DNA of 64,000 bases, taken from NCBI GenBank assembly GCA_040954595.2, contig CM082592.2, positions 3,364,735 to 3,428,734 on the forward strand, written 5' to 3'. A program made the translations under genes and the position numbers. Numbering within the stretch: the stretch's first letter is position 1; each line of letters starts with the position of its first letter. The stretch is from Balanoglossus misakiensis. Its lineage: Eukaryota; Animalia; Hemichordata. Below are positions 52,405 to 64,000 of the stretch, one piece after another. The notes under the pieces are model-generated. The model had not been told where the DNA came from, made no database searches, and saw only the letters and a list, made by a program, of their open reading frames with translations.

Positions 52405-53263
52405 GGGACCGTTCAGTTTTTACGGCCTGGGGGGGGGCGGCAAAATCCAGGGGTGGCTCACTTAAATTTTGAAGTCCAAAAGGGGGGGGTCATCTGTTTT
52501 TCTAAAACGTTTAGGGGGTCACATACTTTTGCCACCGAAATTTTGCTTTTGAGTCCACAAAATTGCAGTTTCGCGCCCTTTATTTTACAAAATTTTCTAA
52601 TGTGGGAGGGGGACACCCCTTCCCACACCCACCCCTTCATTCTCTGCCACATTTCATTTTTTGCTGGTTTGTCTAGTGTACCAGGGCAGAGTGCTTGCCA
52701 CCCCAAACACCACCGATGATAATATTTAACCCACCCTTTCATTCTTCGCCACTTCTAGTGTACCAGGGCGTAGCACTTGCCCACCCCACCCCCACCGATG
52801 CTAACTTTGAGTGGCAAAAGTAAAATTTGTCCTCCCTAACATTGAGTTAATTTGCTTTTGAGTTCATTAAAATGCAACTTTGAGCACCGTATTTTATAAC
52901 ACCCCCTCCCACACCCACCCCCGCCACTTTTCTTGTTTTACCAATTCTAGCAACTATTGACTTGTCATTTTAATTTATTCATAGATTTCTTTATTGTCAT
53001 TTTAATTTATTCATATATGTCTTTATTGCATCGATATACTTCAATTACTTTAAGAAATTTATAATTGATGTGTGAGGAGCCTCATTCCCTTTATTGCATA
53101 CAGTGTACATAAGATCAGGACGGCGAATGTTTTCGGCGTGGGGGGGGGGGGGGTCATCAATTTTTGGTCCTGGGTGAAGGGGGGGGGGGTCGGCCTGATT
53201 TTGAAAACCGATGACACAAACTTGCCGCCCCCCCCCCTCCCCGGCCGTAAAAACAATACGGTC
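52405..53263. mobile_element. Harbinger-like non-autonomous element (left TIR GGGACCGTTCAGTTTTTACGGC)
   Basis: TTA precedes the TIR. A degenerate right end lies near 53240-53263 and a better-matching right end at 58001-58022. The interior resembles 13080-13250 and 14090-14400. Confidence 0.65.
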
Positions 53264-54151
53264 TGTCACTAGCAAAGATAGTGTAGTAATTTTGTAAAAG
53301 CATAGCTCATGTAGCTGTGAAGCATACATGTTGATTTTGATATATGATCCAGAAGTTTCCCTTCGAATAGAAACAAGACATCCTGTTTACGCTTTAAGCA
53401 GTCATATTAGCTTTCACCATTTATCGAAACACTGAAAAAGTAGCTGCATTTGAAGTGTACTTTTCATGTCACGCGCGTGCGCGTAACTTCCAAGCAAATT
53501 TTCCGTTCGATGCATTCAAATAGTGGACTGCCTTCGCTTCCTTCCATATTTCATGCGCACCGTATAAGTAGATTCTGGTTTTGTCCCTCCTTTTCACCCA
53601 AGCTGGTGTCTTTTCCCGATCTCCGACACAGATTATGGTCGCCGCCATCTTCTCTGTTGTTAGGACAGAGCACTGCCTTATGGGATTGACCGTTTGTAAC
53701 CAGCGGCCACAGCTGGAACATGCGTGTGAGATGAGCTAGAGGCTGGAAACTTAATTGTAATCACAGTGATTAATCGAAACCTTCTTTTCGGGTGCGGGAA
53801 ATGTCGAATGTCCATGAACATGCAAATGACAACAGTGCTATCAAAGTCGAAATACTGAAATTTATGACTGTGCCTTATTTAGGTTAATTTCCAGAGGGAA
53901 ATTGAGTGAATGTATGGTGCCAATACTCTAGATATGTACCCGTCTACACTCTGCCGTACTATGGAAGGGTAGTTCATCCCTGGAAGATAATAATTTGCAT
54001 AATATCCAGGGGTCTGGGCAAATGCAGACGAATTCCAATTTCCACTCCCAGGTACCACATAAAAACATCCCGTTTCCTGTTTACCATGAATATGACGCGG
54101 TATAGTGTCCGGTCATTCTCAATTCTTTGGCTTTCTGGCCATAAGAACGCA

Positions 54152-57100
54152 ATGGATGGACAGAAGAAGACATCGTATGCCGTCTGCAGTGGAAGTCACA
54201 CTGCCGTGGCTGCAATTCTGTTGGCATTGTTTGCTTTGAGCTGTAACATCTTGACGGTTGTTTGGCTATTGGAGATGAAAGAAAGAGTTAGCGAGATGGT
54301 AAGTTGTTTCATCTTAGACAGTATACGTGGTCTATGCATGGTTTGATCAAAATTAACCCATCGAATCCCGTAGGTAACAGTAATGTTGTCGTCGGAACAA
54401 TACGAACAGTTTCACAGTCTATGTTTCAAATCGGTTGATGAAACCGGGCAGATATTAACTTCCTTGCTTCAAGAAAGAAATACTTGCAATCCCGAGTTAT
54501 TGGCTATTTCCATTTGCCAGAATTGTTATTTTTATGTGAGTATCTGGGCTCGGTGATTTTGAGTGTCTCTGCTAGCGGTAGCCTGTTCACCATATAGGGC
54601 GTTCTCACTGGCACGTTTACACCGGTGCTACACCGGTGTAGATTTGACAGGCTCAGGTCTGGCCAGAAAAGCCGTCTCAAATCTGAGACGTTTCAGGACC
54701 ACTTACACCATCCACACACGATTTTTTAAGACGTGGACGGTTTATAATCTGAGACGCTTCAGAACCGTCTTAATGGTGCCTGTGTGACACCCATATGTAG
54801 GACTGGGCTTATTTCCCGCCTAGTTTGCCATAACAAACTATACTGTGCTAATAATAATCACGGTCACTCCACGTGACCGTGTAATAATATAGGACAAACT
54901 ACTCAGAATTTTAGTGCATCTCACTTATTGATTGCCTATGCTATAGTGGCGGCTGGAAGTGGAATATTTCACAGAAAGTGATCGATTTATATATTGTAAG
55001 CTTATTTCAGATCATCGTGTAATCCGATAACGAGAGACAGTAATTGTCTTTAAAAAATAATGATATGTACTTTATGTAACAGCAAAACCTCTCGAAGGCC
55101 ACGCGGAAGGAAGATTATGATCGAAATGCTGGTGTAGCCAAACGTGACGTCACTCACAGCGCAGAAGAGATGGGTATGTATATTTTAATCAAAGTAAGAC
55201 TTAGGTGCACGGGCATCGTTTGCAAAGGTAAATATGTGTCCTGACTAGAAATGTATCTGTAACGAATAGGTTTCACTGTATCTCATAAAACAATATGGTA
55301 AGGCCAAGAAGAAAAAATAAGTTGTTCATCGGAATCGCCGCTTCTACTTTGGCTGATTTGGATATTTTTTTTTTTGGATCTCGGCAAATTCTACTTCCGC
55401 GTTACAAAATTCTTAGTACTGCCGCTGGTGGCCAGAATATGTTGTGCAAACACTAGACTCTCGCACAGCCCACGGTTCGCTACAACAAGGCTCTTCACTG
55501 ACGCGCCCTCAACCGTTTGGCAAGGGACTAGGAGAAGCACCGTTTGGTGTTGTGTAGCGAACCTCTCGCCGGGCACACATGCAATCAGTCCATGGACAGC
55601 GAGAGGGGTTGTAAGAGAGTCTATGCAAACACCAACTGTAAATGTAATGGCCTATTTTATTGTTGGGAAATAAAGTATTGAATTCAGTTACAAGTACATG
55701 TATCAGTGTTTTTGTCTGAGATATTTCTGGTTAAAAGGGAAACAGTTATCTCGCATTTTCTGCATCTGTGCAAAAATGCCAGAGAACTGCATTTACCTTC
55801 AACCTAAAAAACTTATTTAAAAAAATTTCGCTCGCCGCTCCTGGAACTAGGTCAAAAAATCCGATGAACAAGATTTTTTTCTCTCTCTGCCCTAAGCAAT
55901 AACTAATTTGAATAGCAATCAATACTAAGCGTACAGGTGCTGCTACATGCCAAAGTTCGTCCAAAAGAAAGATTAAAGGTATACGGTCACCAATGCAAAT
56001 TTAGATATAGTTACCATGGTAATTTGAGATCTAGCCAATCACAGATTTTCAGTGGGTGGCACACGCAAAAAAGTGCGCCACCATATGTTCTTTAGAACAC
56101 CCAAATACGCCATTTCAGCCATGGGCGTATGTAAATTGGGGTGACCGAAGGCAAATATGAGCACTTTGGGGTCACAATGTAGCTGTCGTACAACAAACAT
56201 ATATTTTGGTAAACAACACTTCCATGTACATTTTCATTGGCTATGACAGTTTCATTTGTTTTCATTGAAGTTGCACACCTGTGTGGTCACGTGGGATTAT
56301 CTGGACCAGCTGGTGCTCCCGGGCCGGTAGGACCCCGTGGGTTACCTGGAGTCATCGGGCCACCGGGTTTGCAAGGGGCTGCGGGGAGAGATGGCAGAGA
56401 TGGCGTAGCGGGCGAGGAGGGAAGTGCAGGTCCTGTAGGAGAGCCGGGACCAAGAGGAAATCTCGGTCCGAGGGGAGAAAACGGAGAACAGGGAATACGT
56501 GGGAAGGCTGGACCAGGTAGGACGTTCAAGTGTGTCAGTCTGTGTCATTCGACTTAGGAAACATGGTAAAAAAATTATTGCACAGTGATATCTAGACTTG
56601 CTCCAAGTCTATGGGCTTCATTGTGTATAGGGAACGCTACCCGAAACCACAAGCTCAGCCCAAAATTCGAAACTCACCTCACTACAGAAAAACACGCTCA
56701 AGGCAAGCATGAACGCAAAAAGTATTGCAATTATTTATTAAGACAAAAAACCAACGAAAACACAAAAGTATTGAGATTTAAAAATCACCAAGCGACTAGT
56801 GGGCTAGTCTAAGTGATATCATAAAACACATTATCATCAGTTATCTGTTCCACTCCCCCAGCTGGACTGCGTGGACCACCAGGAACCCCGGGTCTCCCAG
56901 GGCCCACAGCACCTCCTGTTGACATTCCAGAAATCGTAGAAAACATCCGCAGTGGAGTCCGAAATGACACAGGCACGGTGTATGTACGATGGGGAAGGAA
57001 GACATGTCCCTCTACGGCGGAACTCGTTTACGATGGTATGTCGACTTTATTATCTTGACTTTCAATAAGGGGATGACACACATCAGAGTACCATAGCCAT

Positions 57101-57693
57101 TCCAAAAGCCGTCCTCCCGTCATAATAGTTATAAGAAATATATGTCACCCGTTTCTAATTCAAAGATTGTTCCCATTTGCATGATATCAAAAAATCGCCT
57201 TTAATTTATTACAGGTGTAATCGGTGGTAGTTACTATGGCCAGGCCGGCAGCGGTGCCGACTACCAGTGTCTGCCTCTGAACCCAATCTACGACAGCCCT
57301 CATTCTGGGTATCAAGGTCAGAGTCGAATGTACGGCGCAGAGTACGAAACCAACATGTTTCCTGCCCTGTCGGCTGTCCATAATTCTGATCCGGTGTGTG
57401 CAGTATGCCGCGTGAAATCTCGCAGCACTTTGCTGATGGTCCCGGCGCGCAACGAATGTCCATCCCCGGACTGGACCAGGGAGTACTACGGTTATCTCAT
57501 GTCCGCGCACTCCAACCATAAACGCACTCAATACGTGTGCGTTGATCGCAATCCAGAGGGAAGACCTAACAGTGGCGCTAGCCAAGACGGGGCTCTGCTT
57601 TATCCCGTTGAAGGAAGATGTGATTCTGGATCTTTGCCGTGTGATATCTATACTTCGGGACATGAATTAACATGTGCGGTTTGTACGATTTGA
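54152..57693 (+). CDS. Short-chain collagen C4-like (spongin-related) protein with N-terminal hydrophobic anchor
   Basis: Exons 54152-54298, 55083-55173, 56271-56516, 56862-57035, 57215-57693. About 30 Gly-X-Y triplets, then [67 protein letters not shown]. Confidence 0.9.
55454..55623. mobile_element. 170-bp TAGACTCTC MITE with 9-bp TSD tgcaaacac (empty sister of 44276-47148)
   Basis: tgcaaacac|TAGACTCTC ... GAGAGTCTA|tgcaaacac. Confidence 0.9.
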
Positions 57694-57914
57694 TTAAGCG
57701 TCGTTCAAGTGAGTTATGCGCAAAATGACATGAAGAATAAGAACGGCGGCAAATGATAGGCCTATTCTTTTATTTTACGCATAATAAAAAATGCTCAAAA
57801 TCAAGTATGAGCACCTTGAATATTTTTGTATAAAAGGGCATCACTCATCATATTCAAAGTGGTGGTGATAGATTATATTCAACCGTATGTGAATGCTGAG
57901 AATGGTTGGGGCGA

Positions 57915-58022
57915 TATTATCATTTTTTGGTCCTGGACGAAGGGGGGGGGGGGGTCGACCTGATTTTGAAAACCGATGACACAAACTTGCCGCCCCCCCA
58001 GCCGTAAAAAATGAACGGTCCC
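57915..58022. mobile_element. Right-end fragment of the GGGACCGTTC Harbinger-like family
   Basis: Matches 53155-53260 and ends GCCGTAAAAAATGAACGGTCCC|TTA. Confidence 0.7.
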
Positions 58023-59052
58023 TTATATCTAGTCAAAAATGCGTGGGCAGAAGACGGACAAAATGTTTGCTAATCTTTAGAAAGCTACAATTACCGTGGA
58101 AGGACAAACCTAATATGTAAAGAGAATACACTGAATATTCACATCCATTTGGCATTTAGATAACGTTTGTTATCCGGAACGACGCCCAGTGACGTCCGAT
58201 ATACAAAATGTACAACGGTGTCAAATCGACATGACAAGTGGTTCTCACTTGTATGACGTATAGAAATGACCGAGTCGTTTTCAAAATGCTGTTGTGTTTG
58301 CAAAAGATTATTCAAGCTCTGATGATCCAAATTTATCTGTGTACTATAGACCCATTATATTGTACTCACATTATTTTATCGGGAGTAATGTGGACAGAAG
58401 AAATTAAATTAAGGGACATTAACCGAAGCGTAACATTCAATTAGAGAATGTACATATTTAATATATAAAATGGTACATGTTCAATGTTTTTTTGTAAAAT
58501 ATCTTATTAACAAAAGTGACATTGGTCTGACGTTTGTTGACATTCGCTTGAACGACACAGCTGGCATGCAAGTAAAGACACGTGTTGTGCTGTTTGAAAG
58601 TCTTTGCAGGCAGTCCAGATGTTTAGTGGCGACTTTGCTAGAATTCCAGTATTGGCAACGCGTTAAAGAAAGTCAGTCTTATAGAATTTTCTTTCTGTGC
58701 TTTTATTGATAAAATTTCAAAAATGTAACAGCCACATGGTATCTGACCGGACGCGTTGAACCAAAGAACATGTATAAAGATGCATAAGTTTAATTTAGGG
58801 CTACATGACGGATACATGTAGGTTGCATGGGGTTTCACCATGCTGCAGGGCAGGCACCGTGTTGCCTTTACCACCACGCACGGCCATAATAAATCATACA
58901 GAAGACACGGAAAACCAAATTTGCAGAATCCTTAGTGACATTTGCACATTGATAAATCATCAAGTTGTTTATAGCGTTTGAAAACACGGACCAACTGGAT
59001 AAAAGAGGGGCATAATCGCTGCTTCGAAAACATCTCCAAAAGGCTGAGGAGG

Positions 59053-61834
<2,782 letters not shown>

Positions 61835-62028
61835 CATAGTTATAAAGAACACAGTAAAAATGCATGTACCTTTTGGCGCATAATTTGAAGACGGCTTCTT
61901 TGCATTCTTTACTGAAAGTAGCAATACGAATTTGATTCAGCAATAAAAATATAGCTTGCATCAAATTTACATTATGCGTTTGTCTTTTTATATTTATTTA
62001 CTGTAGAAGCAAAGTTGTAACTGCGTTT

Positions 62029-62193
62029 GTATGTATGTATGTATGTATGTATGTATGTATGTATGTATGTATGTATGTATGTATGTATGTATGTATGTAT
62101 GTATGTATGTATGTATGTATGTATGTATGTATGTATGTATGTATGTATGTATGTATGTATGTATGTATGTATGTATGTATGTATGTATGTATG

Positions 62194-62227
<34 letters not shown>

Positions 62228-62357
62228 TGTATGTATGTATGTATGTATGTATGTATGTATGTATGTATGTATGTATGTATGTATGTATGTATGTATGTAT
62301 GTATGTATGTATGTATGTGTGTGTGTGTATCTGTCTGTCTGTGTCGGTGTCTGTCTG

Positions 62358-62388
<31 letters not shown>

Positions 62389-62390
62389 AT
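62029..62390. repeat. (GTAT)n then (GT)/(GTCT)n microsatellite
   Basis: Directly visible. Confidence 0.97.
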
Positions 62391-63249
62391 ATGTACTACA
62401 CTGTAGACGTTTTCTTGTGTAATCCCTAAATGGGACCGCAGTGTCCTTGACGCGATTTTAAATAATGCTTGTTTTCCATACGTTCTTATTTAAGAAAATT
62501 GGTAAGATCATCCAGCAGAAACGAATTTCTTATATGTCTTTATCTTTACAAAGTCTAAAAAGTTTACTAAAACAACAATAGTCGGTCATGCACGATAAAC
62601 TCATTGTAAAAAGGGTTTCATATTTGTAAGTTGATCTCAACTGAATATACCAATATAAGTGGGAATATACAAATCTTAGCACAGAGCAGATTATATTTTA
62701 CACATACCGAGTATACGACAAAATTGAAATCAGAAATTTCCATCAGATGTGGTGCGAGGTCAACACTTGTTTTCCCACAGTCAAGGTACTATGAAGCGGG
62801 AACTGTGCACACCTTTGGGAAATTTTCGTCAATGAACTCGTCTCATTGGCGAAAACTGACTTCACAGTTATAACCTTTTTATCTGATTAAATGTGGAAAG
62901 ATAGAAATTATCACAGAGAAAGATAAAGTACATTGCAAAACTTTTCTTTTCTTTCTTTAATTTCTTTCTCTTTTTGTGTGTCCAAAAAAGCGACACGTAC
63001 ATGTGGGTGTATATACTTCGCAGATACTGGGCCTAAACCTAAATTGCAGTCCGAAACATTCAAAAGACGGCCCTTCACACAAGTGGGGACGTTTTGAAAC
63101 TTTAGATAAAACGGATCTGTGCACGTAATTTGCAGGGGTGATACGGTTATGGCGGTGGGCGAGGTTGCCTTATTCCATCGCAAGCGTCGTCAATATTTGC
63201 TGCGGCCGATCCCGTGCTGTTATTGGCGGGATTATTGGCAATTACCACG

Positions 63250-63703
63250 CTACTCTACAACTACAATGGAATCCTTGTCGGAACTCGCGAGATTCTTCAT
63301 CATCACGTTGTCGCTTCCTTTCGGCTTGGGACGGTTCGGTCTAAGTGGGACGTTTTCATATCCACTGCCTCTTTCTGTTTCGGGTGTATTTTCGCCGCTT
63401 CTTGGATCGGGTGACAAAGGGTTGGTTATTTTAGCTACCAGATCGGCGATTGGTTTCAACGGGGAAACTGGCCGTGAATAGCCCGCGGCTGTATGAGACA
63501 CCGCCAGCGTAGAGTCGCCACCCGCTGCGTCAGATAAGCGGTGCGCGGGTGCTGAAGGGGTGCTCGCAGGAGGCGCTGCAGGTACCCCAGGCTGCTCCTC
63601 CTCACAAAGGTTGTTCTGCGCGTCGACGTGTTCGCGTTCGCTTCTGAAAAGAGCATCACCAGATTTCATGGATTTGTTGCACCCTATGATCTCGAAGATT
63701 TTC
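63250..63703 (-). CDS. Probable terminal exon of a gene entering from the right; low-complexity cytoplasmic-tail-like peptide
   Basis: GC-rich ~150-codon ORF after the acceptor ttctttgcag. It is Pro/Ser/Ala-rich with GYSRP and GYENV tyrosine motifs. No domain recognised. Confidence 0.55.
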
Positions 63704-63829
63704 CTGCAAAGAATATTAAGCATTTAATATCCGATTATTCAGCCATTCTATATAACGTTCACTCGCGTTTCTTGTCAAGAACGTTTCGGTCGTCGACTGA
63801 CGTATGGAAAATATCAATACATCAACGTA

Positions 63830-64000
63830 AAATACAATACAATACAATACAATACAATACAATACAATACAATACAATACAATACAATACAATACAATAC
63901 AATACAATACAATACAATACAATACAATACAATACAATACAATACAATACAATACAATACAATACAAAACAAAACAATACAATGCAATGCAATACAATAC
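63830..64000. repeat. (AATAC)n microsatellite
   Basis: Directly visible. Confidence 0.97.

Noticed and set aside
56287-56548. Antisense Pro/Gly-rich ORFs
   Set aside because: Reverse-strand shadow of the collagen Gly-X-Y exon.

Overview
Eukaryotic genomic DNA with many spliceosomal introns, microsatellites and MITEs. Gene content suggests a marine invertebrate, probably a deuterostome such as a hemichordate, amphioxus or echinoderm (inference). From left to right the window holds: (1) a minus-strand multi-exon gene with WxxW(mucin)-cadherin-EGF-Ig domains running off the left edge; (2) an intact 4.8-kb tyrosine-recombinase retrotransposon (DIRS order, PAT/TOC1-type split direct repeats) about 235 bp upstream of that gene's likely ATG, whose recombinase appears to be expressed by splicing from the gag start; (3) an L2-type LINE remnant; (4) a doubly frameshifted TauD/DdaC-like dioxygenase; (5) an 11-exon secreted protein made of two copies of an unnamed domain; (6) an ABCH/ABCG23-like half transporter; (7) a C2H2 zinc-finger gene; (8) a nest of five DNA transposons whose target-site duplications can still be read; (9) two tandem C-type-lectin + F5/8C paralogs, with differences concentrated in the binding loops, flanking a short-chain collagen gene; (10) the last exon of a gene entering from the right. 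Exon coordinates were read by eye and may be off by a few bases. Family names come from motif recognition, not database searches.
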